A DNA stretch of 64,000 nt from Escherichia phage TrudiGerster. The position numbers and the translations under genes are program-made. This document shows positions 10,702-20,887 of this stretch, one piece after another (the first letter of the stretch is position 1; the number at the start of each line of letters is the position of its first letter). Where the stretch lies: the sequence record MZ501108, one strand, 5' to 3'. The notes below the pieces were generated by a model. That model was given only the letters and a program-made list of their open reading frames with translations, made no database searches and was not told where the DNA came from.

Positions 10702-11070
10702 ATGACTAAAGAACAATACTTAATAATGTGCGAGTCAATGGGTATCGAACCAGATCCTGATGTGATGCCTGTTGAACTCGAAGATTTTCCACCTATCGTA
10801 TCTACTAGTATGCAAATTTATAACAGTCTCATTGATTGTTTCATACCGGGTGACTTTCCTATCTTTATAGGCAAAGACAAGGGTGCATTAGGTGTTTTAT
10901 TTGATATCTATGGGATTACTGATCCGATAGAGAAAGAGTTCGTTCTACATATCATCAATATATTTGATTCGAAAGCAGTAGACGCAGCTCGTAAGAGAGC
11001 CGAGAAACATGGGAAACAGAATGGTCGCACTCCGAACATTAAACCTCATGGAAGATCTCGAGCTCAGTAA
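10702..11070 (+). CDS. tail assembly chaperone (downstream ORF; frame open upstream to 10615)
   Basis: 122 aa; weak RBS at its ATG; its frame is +1 relative to the upstream ORF and open from 10615. Confidence 0.45.
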   Translation: MTKEQYLIMCESMGIEPDPDVMPVELEDFPPIVSTSMQIYNSLIDCFIPGDFPIFIGKDKGALGVLFDIYGITDPIEKEFVLHIINIFDSKAVDAARKRAEKHGKQNGRTPNIKPHGRSRAQ

Positions 11071-11105
11071 AAGTTTCCTCCAATGGGCGTTCCACGATGA
11101 GGCTT

Positions 11106-11138
11106 GGCTCTGGGTGATTTGCCCAGAGCCTTTTTTAT
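11106..11138 (+). terminator. rho-independent terminator
   Basis: hairpin ggctctggg-tgatttg-cccagagcc followed by tttttt. Confidence 0.7.
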
Positions 11139-11153
11139 TGGGAAAAATAAATG
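11131..11153 (+). repeat. conserved 23-nt element ttttttattgggaaaaataaATG (copy 2)
   Basis: identical to 6114-6136; ends in start codon of tape measure gene. Confidence 0.8.
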
Positions 11154-14100
11154 ACTGATAAGCTAATACGAGAACTACTGATAGACGTAAAGCAGAAAGG
11201 GGCAACCCGTACTGCTAAATCTATTGAAAATGTTTCCAATGCGTTAGAGGATGCTGCTGCCGCTTCTGAACTGACTAATGAACAGTTAGGAAAGATGCCC
11301 AAAACTCTTTATTCCATTGAGAGGGCGGCGGATAGAGCAGCAAAAAGTCTAACGAAGATGCAAGCAAACCGTGGTATGGCTAGTATAACTACTTCAATAA
11401 CAAAAATTGGAGATAAGTTAGATGACTTAGCACTAGCAATGCTAGATGTTGCAGATAAAATGGAAAGTGGTTTTGACCACGTTGGTAAATCTGTAAAGGC
11501 TATGGGCAATGACGTAGCTTCTGCAACTGAAAAAGTTCAAGATAGGTTATACGATACAAATAGAGCCTTAGCAGGTACCTCTAGAGGCTTTAATGATACC
11601 ACTACGGCAGCAGGACGCGCTAGCCGAGCAATCGGTAATACTTCTGGGTCAGCACGTGGCGCAACTCGTGACTTCGCAGCTATGGCTAAAGTAGGAGGTG
11701 GTTTACCTCTAATGTATGCTGCAATCGCATCTAACGTGTTCGTTCTGCAATCTGCTTTCGAACAACTGAAGATGGGTGACCAGTTAAACCGTCTAGAGAA
11801 GTTTGGTACTATAGTTGGTACTCAGACGGGTACTCCAGTACAGACGTTGGCTAGATCTCTACAAGAAGCTGCTGGTTATGCAATTTCTTTTGAAGAAGCA
11901 ATGAGACAGGCATCTTCTGCTTCTGCATATGGTTTTGATGCAGAACAACTTAATAAGTTCGGTCTAGTAGCTCGTCGTGCTGCTGCTGTTCTTGGTGTAG
12001 ATATGACTGATGCGCTTAACCGTGTAATCAAGGGTGTATCCAAACAAGAAATCGAACTTCTGGATGAGCTTGGTGTTACTATTCGTCTTAATGATGCCTT
12101 CGCTGATTACGTTAAACAGCTTAATGCTGCTAACACTGGTATTACATATAATATTAATAGCCTTTCTTCCTTCCAGAAGCAACAAGCATACGCTAACGCA
12201 GTAATCGCTGAATCTACTAAACGTTTCGGCTACCTGGACGACGTGCTTCGTGCAACTCCATGGGAACAGTTTGCTGCTAACGCTGATGCTGCCTTACGTA
12301 AGATTCAACAAGCTGCTGCTAAGTACCTTGGTCCAGTTATTGATTCTATTAACGCAGTATTCTATACTTCTCAAGCTTCTATCTCTGCAACTGCGGCTAG
12401 GGCACAGGAGCAGACAAACAAATCGATTGATCCTAGTAACGTGGGTGCTGTAGCTCTTGGGCTCGAGGCATCAGAAGCTGGGTACAATAAGGCTCTCGAT
12501 ATGTATAGAGAATCTCTAGATAAGCGTAATAAGTTAAAGGCTGATCTAGATAAACGTATGCAGCAAGCTGACTTCTTTACCACTGGTGCAATCCGCTCTG
12601 TGGCTCAAGGAGTTCCTTTAAGTGCTGCTGCATTGGGTGCTTCCGAGGAGAATAAGAAGTTTGTTGCTGATACCGCTGCAATGGCATTACAAGTAGAACG
12701 TCTTGATAAGGAAGTTGCTGACTCTACAGATAACTTAGGAGCCTGGAAATCTGCGTATCAAGCTGCTGGAGCGGCTGCTGCTAAGGCAAATCCTGAGTTC
12801 CAAAAACAAATTAATCTGCAGAAAGATGCTAATGATCCGAGTGCAGTTTACGACTTCAATTCTGAAACTCTAAAAGGATTAACGGAGCAGCAGAAAGCGT
12901 ACAACCAGACTAAGAAAACTGCTAGTGACTTAGCAAATGATATTCAGAACATTGCTCAAAATACTAACACTGCTGCTAAGACAAGTGCATCATTAGCTGA
13001 TACAATTAAGACTATTGAATCGCTATCAGCTGGTACTGGTAAGAATGCTGATGAGTATGTTAAGAGCCTGAACTTAGGTTATAATACTCTAAGTGAAATG
13101 AAAACTGCTTCCCAAGCACTTGCTGGGTACGTAAAACTAACTGGTGATGAAACTAAGAATCAGTTAGCTGTTCAGCAGAAGATTGCCGAAGTATACAACC
13201 AGACTAAGGACAAAGAAAAGGCTCAGGAAGCTGGTAGACGTCTGGAAGTTCAACAGCTAGAAGAACAGGAAGCCGCACTTAAGCGTGTACTGGAAACTAA
13301 CCAAGGTAATAAAGCAATTGAAAATGAGATTGCTAAAATCCAGTTAGAGAAGATCAAAATCGCTAACCAGAACATGGAAGCTCAGAAGAAGGTTAAGGAT
13401 TATACGGATAAGATCCTTGGTGTCGATCGTGAAATTGCTCTGCTTAACAACCGTACTATGACGGATACTCAATATAAGTTAGCTCAGTTGAATCTTGAAC
13501 TGACTATCGAGAAAGAGAAGTATGCGTGGTACTCTAAGCAGGTTGACAAACAGAAGGATGCTGAGCAATCAAGACGTGCTCAGGCACAGATTGAACGTGA
13601 AATCTGGAAGTTCCGTCAAGACCAGCAAATGGAAATGGCCAGTGGGCGCGAGAGAGCCTTAGGGATATCCCAAACCGAACGTAACGTTACTGGTGAATCT
13701 CAGCGTTTAACTGAACAGCAAGCTCTGTACCAAAGTCTACTGGAGATTACAAAAGGAAACGCACAAGCTCAGGAAGAGTATAAGCGTAAGATCCAAGAAA
13801 CTTCGGCAGCTCTAGCACAACTCAAGATGCAACGTGATGCTCAAATGCAGCAATCTGTTACTTCTTCTGTTGGTGGCACTTATACACCTACTACTGGACT
13901 GGAGGGTGATGATAAGGCCAATATGGATATGCAGAATAGAATGGCATCCTATGACCAGGCTATCTCTAAATTATCTGAGCTGAACTCTGAAGCAGCTGCA
14001 GTAGCACAAAGTATGGGTAATCTAACTAATGCTATGATTCAGTTCTCCCAAGGATCTCTGGATACCACATCTTTAGTAGCTGCTGGTATGCAAACTGTAT

Positions 14101-14831
14101 CTTCAATGATTCAGTATAGTGTTGGTCAACAGGTAAGTGCGATTGATCAGGCTATTGCGGCAGAACAGAAGCGTGATGGTAAATCAGAGGCATCTAAGGC
14201 TAAGATCAAGAAGTTAGAAGCTGAAAAGCTTAAGATCCAACAAGATGCAGCTAAGAAGCAAATCATCATCCAAACAGCAGTTGCAGTTATGCAGGCAGCT
14301 ACTGCAGTACCTTATCCATTCTCTATCCCATTAATGGTGGCGGCTGGATTGGCAGGTGCTATGGCATTAGCTCAGGCGTCTTCCGCATCTGGTATGTCTA
14401 GTATTGGAGACACGGGTGGAGACACTGCTAGTTATTTAACTCTTGGTGAGCGCCAGAAGAACGTTGATGTTTCTATGTCGGCTAATGCTGGTGAATTATC
14501 CTACGTGCGGGGTGATCAAGGTATCGGCAATGCCAACTCCTTTGTCCCTCGTGCAGAAGGTGGTAATATGTACCCAGGAGTTAGTTACCAGATGGGTGAA
14601 CATGGTACCGAGGTAATTACTCCTATGGTTCCCATGAAGGCTACTCCTGCTGATGAAGTTAAAGGCTCAGCTAGAGGATCATCTGGTAGACCTATTGTAC
14701 TGAACATCAATACAATGGATGCGGCGAGCTTCCGAGATTTTGCTTCGAGTAACAGTGCTGCGTTCAGGGATGCCGTGGAACAGGCTCTTAATGAGAATGG
14801 AACCACCCTGAAATCACTTGGTAATTCTTAA
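11151..14831 (+). CDS. tail tape measure protein
   Basis: 1226 aa, long alpha-helical/coiled-coil Ala/Gln/Lys-rich protein with C-terminal hydrophobic segment; position after chaperones. Confidence 0.88.
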   Translation: MTDKLIRELLIDVKQKGATRTAKSIENVSNALEDAAAASELTNEQLGKMPKTLYSIERAADRAAKSLTKMQANRGMASITTSITKIGDKLDDLALAMLDVADKMESGFDHVGKSVKAMGNDVASATEKVQDRLYDTNRALAGTSRGFNDTTTAAGRASRAIGNTSGSARGATRDFAAMAKVGGGLPLMYAAIASNVFVLQSAFEQLKMGDQLNRLEKFGTIVGTQTGTPVQTLARSLQEAAGYAISFEEAMRQASSASAYGFDAEQLNKFGLVARRAAAVLGVDMTDALNRVIKGVSKQEIELLDELGVTIRLNDAFADYVKQLNAANTGITYNINSLSSFQKQQAYANAVIAESTKRFGYLDDVLRATPWEQFAANADAALRKIQQAAAKYLGPVIDSINAVFYTSQASISATAARAQEQTNKSIDPSNVGAVALGLEASEAGYNKALDMYRESLDKRNKLKADLDKRMQQADFFTTGAIRSVAQGVPLSAAALGASEENKKFVADTAAMALQVERLDKEVADSTDNLGAWKSAYQAAGAAAAKANPEFQKQINLQKDANDPSAVYDFNSETLKGLTEQQKAYNQTKKTASDLANDIQNIAQNTNTAAKTSASLADTIKTIESLSAGTGKNADEYVKSLNLGYNTLSEMKTASQALAGYVKLTGDETKNQLAVQQKIAEVYNQTKDKEKAQEAGRRLEVQQLEEQEAALKRVLETNQGNKAIENEIAKIQLEKIKIANQNMEAQKKVKDYTDKILGVDREIALLNNRTMTDTQYKLAQLNLELTIEKEKYAWYSKQVDKQKDAEQSRRAQAQIEREIWKFRQDQQMEMASGRERALGISQTERNVTGESQRLTEQQALYQSLLEITKGNAQAQEEYKRKIQETSAALAQLKMQRDAQMQQSVTSSVGGTYTPTTGLEGDDKANMDMQNRMASYDQAISKLSELNSEAAAVAQSMGNLTNAMIQFSQGSLDTTSLVAAGMQTVSSMIQYSVGQQVSAIDQAIAAEQKRDGKSEASKAKIKKLEAEKLKIQQDAAKKQIIIQTAVAVMQAATAVPYPFSIPLMVAAGLAGAMALAQASSASGMSSIGDTGGDTASYLTLGERQKNVDVSMSANAGELSYVRGDQGIGNANSFVPRAEGGNMYPGVSYQMGEHGTEVITPMVPMKATPADEVKGSARGSSGRPIVLNINTMDAASFRDFASSNSAAFRDAVEQALNENGTTLKSLGNS

Positions 14832-14837
14832 TATTGG

Positions 14838-14866
14838 AGGAGGACTTTATGTCCTCCTTTTCTTTA
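14838..14866 (+). terminator. rho-independent terminator after tape measure gene
   Basis: hairpin aggaggac-tttat-gtcctcct followed by ttttcttt; then a diverged copy of the ggaaaaataaa element. Confidence 0.7.
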
Positions 14867-14884
14867 TGGAAAAATAAAAATTTC

Positions 14885-14913
14885 TTGATAAAATTTTCCA
14901 ATCCTATTATAAT
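14885..14913 (+). promoter_or_regulatory. sigma70-like promoter upstream of distal tail gene
   Basis: TTGATA - 17 nt - TATAAT, followed by AGAGGAG RBS and ATG at 14940. Confidence 0.55.
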
Positions 14914-14939
14914 ATTGTTATTAAGAGGAGAAATTAACT

Positions 14940-15554
14940 ATGAGACTACCAGACCCATACACGAACCCAGAGCTATCAGGGTTAGGTTTTGAAAGCGTTA
15001 ACTTAGTAGACAATGACCCTATGATTCGTGATGAATTACCTAATGGTAAAGTTAGGGAGGTTAAGGTGTCTGCTCAATATTGGGGTATTAATATCTCTTA
15101 TCCAGAATTATTCCCAGATGAGTTTGCAAAATTAGACTCATTTATACTTGACTATAAAAGAAAGGGTGATTATATTGATGTTCTACTACCTCAATATGAA
15201 GCTTTTAGAGTACGTGGTGATACTAGTGCTGTGAATATTCCAGCAGGTCAAAAAGGTTCCACTGTTATGATGGATACTAAAGGAACACTACGTGGGCTAC
15301 CAAAGCCAGGAGATTTATTTAAACTCTCCAATCATCCTAAAGTATATAAAATCACTTCTATCACTACAGCAGGCAACTCATGGCAACTGAGTATTTATCC
15401 TGATCTGTTCATTACTACTACAGGTAGTGAAAAGCCAGTATTCAATGGTATTTTATTCAGAACTAAGCTCATGAATGGGGATAGTTTTGGCTCTACGTTA
15501 AATAATAACGGTACTTATTCTGGTATTTCACTTTCCTTGAGGGAAAGTCTATGA
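14940..15554 (+). CDS. distal tail protein (pb9-like)
   Basis: 204 aa ORF following tape measure gene. Confidence 0.65.
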   Translation: MRLPDPYTNPELSGLGFESVNLVDNDPMIRDELPNGKVREVKVSAQYWGINISYPELFPDEFAKLDSFILDYKRKGDYIDVLLPQYEAFRVRGDTSAVNIPAGQKGSTVMMDTKGTLRGLPKPGDLFKLSNHPKVYKITSITTAGNSWQLSIYPDLFITTTGSEKPVFNGILFRTKLMNGDSFGSTLNNNGTYSGISLSLRESL

Positions 15555-18400
15555 AGAAAATTCTTGACACAGCTAGAGAGTATTTAAGATCACACAATAA
15601 AATAAAAACAGCGTGTCTTATTACTCTTGAGCTTCCTAGCTCTACTGGATCTAGTGCAGCTTACATATATCTAACTGATTATTTCAGAGATGTTATGTAT
15701 AATGGTATTCTATATACATCTGGTAAAGTTAAGTCTATTGCAACTCACAAACAAAACAGAGATCTTTCCATTGGTAGCCTTTCTTTTACTATTACGGGTA
15801 CAGCAGAGGATGAAGTTTTAAAACTCGTTCAAAATGGTGTATCCTTCCTAGATAGATCTATATCTATTCATCAAGCTGTTATTGATGAAGATGGTAACAT
15901 TCTTCCAGTAGATCCAGATACTAATGGTCCTTTATTATACTTCCGTGGTAAGATTACTGGTGGAGGTATTAAAGATAATATTGGTACTTCAGGCATCAGT
16001 ACCTCAGTAATTACATGGAATTGTTCAAACCAGTTCTATGACTTCGATAGAGTTAACGGTCGTTTTACTGATGATGCTGACCATCGCGGATTAGAAATTG
16101 TTGCTGGTCAATTAGTTCCTTCTAATGGTGCTAAGCGTCCAGAGTATCAAGAGGATTATGGTTTCTTCCACGCTAATAAGAGTATCTCTATTCTTGCTAA
16201 GTATCAGGTGCAGGAAGAGAGATATAAACTGCAATCCAAGAAGAAATTATTTGGTCTATCAAGAAGTTATAGTCTTAAGAAGTATTATGAGACTGTAACT
16301 AAAGAAGTTGATCTTGATTTCAACCTTGCAGCTAAATTCCTTCCAGTAGTATATGGAGTTCAGAAAGTTCCTGGTATTCCAGTGTTTGCAGATACTGAAC
16401 TACATAATCCAAATATTGTGTATGTAGTATACGCCTTTGCAGAAGGGGAGATTGACGGGTTCCTAGACTTCTACTTTGGCGACGTTCCTATGATTTGTGT
16501 TGATCCAAATGATAGTAAAAACCGTACATGTTTTGGTACTAAAAAGACTGCTGGTGATACAATCCAACGTATTGCTTCTGGATTGCCAGACTCTTCTCCT
16601 TCTATTCACGGACAGGAATATAAGTATAACGATGGTAATGGGGATATTAGGGTATGGACATTCCACGGTAAACCAGATCAAACCGCAGCAGATGTTTTAG
16701 TAAACATTGCTAAAGAAAAAGGTTTCTATCTCCAGAACATGAATGAGAATGGCCCTGAATATTGGGATTCTCGTTATAAACTTCTAGATACTGCGTATGC
16801 TATTGTTCGTTTTACTATTAACGAAAACAGAACAGAAATTCCTGAGGTTAGTGCTGAGCTTCAAGGTAAGAAGATTAAGATCTACCATTCTGATGGTAAA
16901 GTAACTGCTGATCGTACTAGTTTAAACGGTATTTGGCAGACTCTTGACTACCTGACTTCAGATCGTTATGGTGCTAATATTACTATTGACCAGTTTCCAC
17001 TAAAACAACTAATTCAAGAGGCTGCTATTTTAGATATCATTGATGAGTCATATCAAGTATCTTGGCAACCTTATTGGAGATACGTTGGATGGACAGATGC
17101 AATAGGTGAACATCGTCAGATAGTACAGATGAACACTATTTTAGATACTTCTGAATCTGTGTTTAAAAACGTACAAGGTTTATTAGAATCTTTTGGTGGT
17201 GCGATAAATAACCTGTCAGGACAGTATCGTATAACTGTTGAAAAGTACTCCAATACTCCATTAGAGATTAACTTTATGGATACTTATGGGGACTTAGAGT
17301 TGTCTGATACAACTGGTAGGAATAAGTTTAACTCTGTTCAGGCCTCTATCCTAGACCCTGCATTAAGTTGGAAAACCAACTCTATCACATTCTTTAACTC
17401 TATATTTAAAGAGCAGGATAAAGGATTAGATAAAAAGCTGCAACTATCCTTTGCAAACATTACTAACTACTACACTGCACGTAGTTTTGCTGATAGAGAA
17501 CTTAAAAAGTCTCGTTACTCTCGAACTCTATCTTTCTCTCTACCATACCATTTCATTGGTATTGAACCTAACGATCCAATAGCATTTACTTATGACCGTT
17601 ATGGGTGGAATAAGAAATACTTCCTAGTAGACGAGGTTGAGAACTCAAGAGAAGGCAAGATTAATATTACTCTACAAGAGTACGGAGAAGATGTATTTAT
17701 TAACTCCGAGCAGGTAGATAACAGTGGTAATGATATTCCTGATGTAAGTAATAACGTTCTGCCTCCAAGAGATTTTATTTATACGCCAACTCCTGGCGGT
17801 ACTGTTGGAGCTATAGGTAAGAATGGTGAGTTATCTTGGCTTCCAAGTCTTACAAATAACGTTGTTTATTATTCTATTGTTCATTCTGGCCATGCAGAAC
17901 CGTATATCGTTCAGCAGTTAGAATCTAATCCAAATCTACGAATGATTCAAGAAATCATAGGAGAACCTGCTGGTTTAGCAGTATTTGAGATTAGAGCAGT
18001 AGATATAAATGGTAGAAGAAGTTCTCCAGTAACTTTATCTGTAGAGCTTAATTCTGCTAAAAACTTAAGCGTTGTTAGTAACTTTAGGGTAACTAATACA
18101 GCTTCAGGAGATGCATCGGAATTTGTAGGGCCAGATGTTAAATTGGCCTGGGATAGGATTCCAGAAGAGGACATTATTGATGGTATCTACTATACTCTCG
18201 AAATCTACGATAATCTAGATCGTTTATTAAGAAGTGTACGTATTGAGGATCAATATGTTTATGATTATCTACTGATATACAATAAGGCAGACTATGCTTT
18301 GCTAAATGAAGATGCTCTTGGTATTAACAGGAAATTACGTTTCCGAATTAGAGCAGAAGGTGATAATGGCGAGCAATCTGTGGATTGGGCATCTATTTAA
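15551..18400 (+). CDS. baseplate hub / tail tip protein (pb3-like)
   Basis: 949 aa ORF, overlapping stop/start with flanking tail genes. Confidence 0.7.
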   Translation: MKKILDTAREYLRSHNKIKTACLITLELPSSTGSSAAYIYLTDYFRDVMYNGILYTSGKVKSIATHKQNRDLSIGSLSFTITGTAEDEVLKLVQNGVSFLDRSISIHQAVIDEDGNILPVDPDTNGPLLYFRGKITGGGIKDNIGTSGISTSVITWNCSNQFYDFDRVNGRFTDDADHRGLEIVAGQLVPSNGAKRPEYQEDYGFFHANKSISILAKYQVQEERYKLQSKKKLFGLSRSYSLKKYYETVTKEVDLDFNLAAKFLPVVYGVQKVPGIPVFADTELHNPNIVYVVYAFAEGEIDGFLDFYFGDVPMICVDPNDSKNRTCFGTKKTAGDTIQRIASGLPDSSPSIHGQEYKYNDGNGDIRVWTFHGKPDQTAADVLVNIAKEKGFYLQNMNENGPEYWDSRYKLLDTAYAIVRFTINENRTEIPEVSAELQGKKIKIYHSDGKVTADRTSLNGIWQTLDYLTSDRYGANITIDQFPLKQLIQEAAILDIIDESYQVSWQPYWRYVGWTDAIGEHRQIVQMNTILDTSESVFKNVQGLLESFGGAINNLSGQYRITVEKYSNTPLEINFMDTYGDLELSDTTGRNKFNSVQASILDPALSWKTNSITFFNSIFKEQDKGLDKKLQLSFANITNYYTARSFADRELKKSRYSRTLSFSLPYHFIGIEPNDPIAFTYDRYGWNKKYFLVDEVENSREGKINITLQEYGEDVFINSEQVDNSGNDIPDVSNNVLPPRDFIYTPTPGGTVGAIGKNGELSWLPSLTNNVVYYSIVHSGHAEPYIVQQLESNPNLRMIQEIIGEPAGLAVFEIRAVDINGRRSSPVTLSVELNSAKNLSVVSNFRVTNTASGDASEFVGPDVKLAWDRIPEEDIIDGIYYTLEIYDNLDRLLRSVRIEDQYVYDYLLIYNKADYALLNEDALGINRKLRFRIRAEGDNGEQSVDWASI

Positions 18401-20458
18401 ATGATTTCGAATAATGCACCAGCCAAGATGGTCTTAAATAGTATTATGACTGGATATACAATGGCGTATATCCAGCATTCTATCTATACCGACTACGATG
18501 TTATCGGTAGATCATTCTGGCTAAAGATTGGGGAAGATATTGACAGACGTGACTATACCGGTGTCGATACTTTCTTTGTTATGATTAATAACTTAACTCC
18601 CTCTTCCATTTATCAGGTTCAGGGAGCTTTCTATGACTCGATTATAGATGAAGAACTTCTTGAAGCGAAGATTGGTATTAACCTCTCTAATGAAACTAAT
18701 TTTAAAACAAAAGAGAGGCCAGTCATTGTTGCTGCAAGATCAGAATCAGAACCTGTTGACGTGGGTGTTGGTGCTCCAATAGTTGTTGTAGAAACTACTG
18801 GTGAAGCTAGTTACTGCACTATTGAGTTAAGAAGCACTGCATCAGAAGATAGTGAATGGGTTAAGTATTACATAGGTGCAATGGGGGCTACTATTAAGTT
18901 TGGTGGTGTTCCTATTGGTGACTATAAGATTAGAATATCTGGCCAAGTAACTATGCCAGACGGTGTTACAGTAGACTCTTCAGGATACTATGAACTCCCT
19001 AGTATTCTTACTGTTGCATATAATTTCATTCCACCTACTGCTCCAACTAACATTACTTTCAAAGCTGCTAGAATTGCAGATGGTAAAGAACGTTATGATG
19101 TTAGGATTGAGTGGGATTGGCAAAAGGGTGGTGGTTCTAACGTTCGTGAGTTTCTAGTTACTTATATAGATTCTGCGGAATTTGCTAGAACTGGATGGGC
19201 TAAAGCTCAGAAAATAAACGTAGGTGCTGCGCAGGCTGCAACAATTGTTTCCTTCCCATGGAAAGTTGATCATACCTTCAAGGTAGCATCAATTGCCTGG
19301 GGTCCTGATAAACAAGACATTACAGAATCTGCTCCTGTAACGTTTATACTAAATGAAGATACTCCACTCGATAACAGCTTTGTTAATGAGACTGGTATCG
19401 AAGTTAACTATGCATACATTAAAGGTAAACTTAATGACAATGGTACGTGGAGACAGACTTTCTTAATTGATGCCGCAACTGGTGCTATTAACATTGGCCT
19501 ATTAGATGAAGAGGGTAAAGCTCCAATTTCCTTTGACCCAATAAATCACGTTGTTAACGTTGATGGTAAAGTAATTACTAGAGATATTAATGCTGCAAAC
19601 TTTATTATGACTAACCTGTCTGGTAAAGATAACCCTGCAATTTACACTCAAGGTAAATCTTGGGGAGATAATAACTCTGGTATCTGGATGGGGATGGATA
19701 ATGCCTCGGCCAAAGCAAAATTAGATATTGGTAACGCCACACAATGGATTCGTTATGACGGTGATGTACTGCGTATCTCTAGTGGAGTAGTTATTGGAAC
19801 CCCTAATGGTGACGTTGACATTGGGACAGGTCTGCAAGGTAAGCAAACAGTATTTGTTTATAAGTTAGCAACCTCACTTCCAGCAAAACCATTAGAGCAA
19901 GATTACCCACCTCCCGGTTGGTCGAAAACTCCACCTAACCGTACAGATATGACTCAAAATATCTATGCGACTACAGGTACACTTGATCCAGTTACTAATA
20001 AACTGCTTGCAGGTACTAGCTGGTCAGACGTGGTTCAATGGAGTGGTACTGAAGGTACCATCGGTCATGATGGTCAGCGTGGTCCTGGGATGTATTCCTT
20101 AGGAATTGCTGGATTGAGTGGGTGGAATGATGCTCAGGCTAACGCTTTCTTCCAAAATAACTTTGGAGGTCCTCCAGTTAAGTATGATGTATTGACTGAG
20201 TTTAATAGTAGTGCTCCACAAACTGCATTTACTCGTCAATGGAATGGCTCTAGTTGGGTTAGTCCTGCAATGGTGTTGCATGGAGACATGATTGTTAATG
20301 GCACGGTAACTGCTAGCAAGATTGTTGCGAATAATGCTTTCTTATCTCAGATTGGTGTTAACATCATTTATGATAGAAATGCTGCACTATCTGGAAACCC
20401 CGAGGCATACTACAAGATGAAGATAGACCTAAATAGTGGGTATATCCATATAAGGTAA
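18401..20458 (+). CDS. central tail fibre / tip protein (pb4-like)
   Basis: 685 aa ORF following baseplate hub gene. Confidence 0.6.
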   Translation: MISNNAPAKMVLNSIMTGYTMAYIQHSIYTDYDVIGRSFWLKIGEDIDRRDYTGVDTFFVMINNLTPSSIYQVQGAFYDSIIDEELLEAKIGINLSNETNFKTKERPVIVAARSESEPVDVGVGAPIVVVETTGEASYCTIELRSTASEDSEWVKYYIGAMGATIKFGGVPIGDYKIRISGQVTMPDGVTVDSSGYYELPSILTVAYNFIPPTAPTNITFKAARIADGKERYDVRIEWDWQKGGGSNVREFLVTYIDSAEFARTGWAKAQKINVGAAQAATIVSFPWKVDHTFKVASIAWGPDKQDITESAPVTFILNEDTPLDNSFVNETGIEVNYAYIKGKLNDNGTWRQTFLIDAATGAINIGLLDEEGKAPISFDPINHVVNVDGKVITRDINAANFIMTNLSGKDNPAIYTQGKSWGDNNSGIWMGMDNASAKAKLDIGNATQWIRYDGDVLRISSGVVIGTPNGDVDIGTGLQGKQTVFVYKLATSLPAKPLEQDYPPPGWSKTPPNRTDMTQNIYATTGTLDPVTNKLLAGTSWSDVVQWSGTEGTIGHDGQRGPGMYSLGIAGLSGWNDAQANAFFQNNFGGPPVKYDVLTEFNSSAPQTAFTRQWNGSSWVSPAMVLHGDMIVNGTVTASKIVANNAFLSQIGVNIIYDRNAALSGNPEAYYKMKIDLNSGYIHIR

Positions 20459-20464
20459 CAAATA

Positions 20465-20887
20465 ATGAGTACAGAAAATAGAGTTATTGATATTGTTGTT
20501 GATGAGAAAGTACCTTATGGTCTTATTATGCAGTTTATGGATGTTGATGATAGTGTCTATCCTCCAACTGAAGTTCCTGTAAATTTAGAGGGCTACTCAC
20601 TTCGTGGAACAATTAAATCTAGCCTTGATGAAAACGCCGAGATTCTAGCAAATTTTAAGGCTCGTGTAGTGGATGCCTCTCAGGGAGCCGCAGCGATTAG
20701 TCTTACTGTTGAAGATGTTACTAACATTGGTAACAAAGCATCTAAAGAACGTGATAAGTATAACCCAAGACAACGTTTCGCTGGTTATTACGACATTCTA
20801 ATGACTCGTGATGTTATTGGCTCAGAAGTCAGCTCATTCCGTATCATGGAAGGTAAGATCTACATCAGCGATGGAGTAACTCAATAA
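20465..20887 (+). CDS. putative collar / fibre attachment protein (p132-like)
   Basis: 140 aa ORF immediately upstream of the L-shaped fibre gene. Confidence 0.45.
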   Translation: MSTENRVIDIVVDEKVPYGLIMQFMDVDDSVYPPTEVPVNLEGYSLRGTIKSSLDENAEILANFKARVVDASQGAAAISLTVEDVTNIGNKASKERDKYNPRQRFAGYYDILMTRDVIGSEVSSFRIMEGKIYISDGVTQ

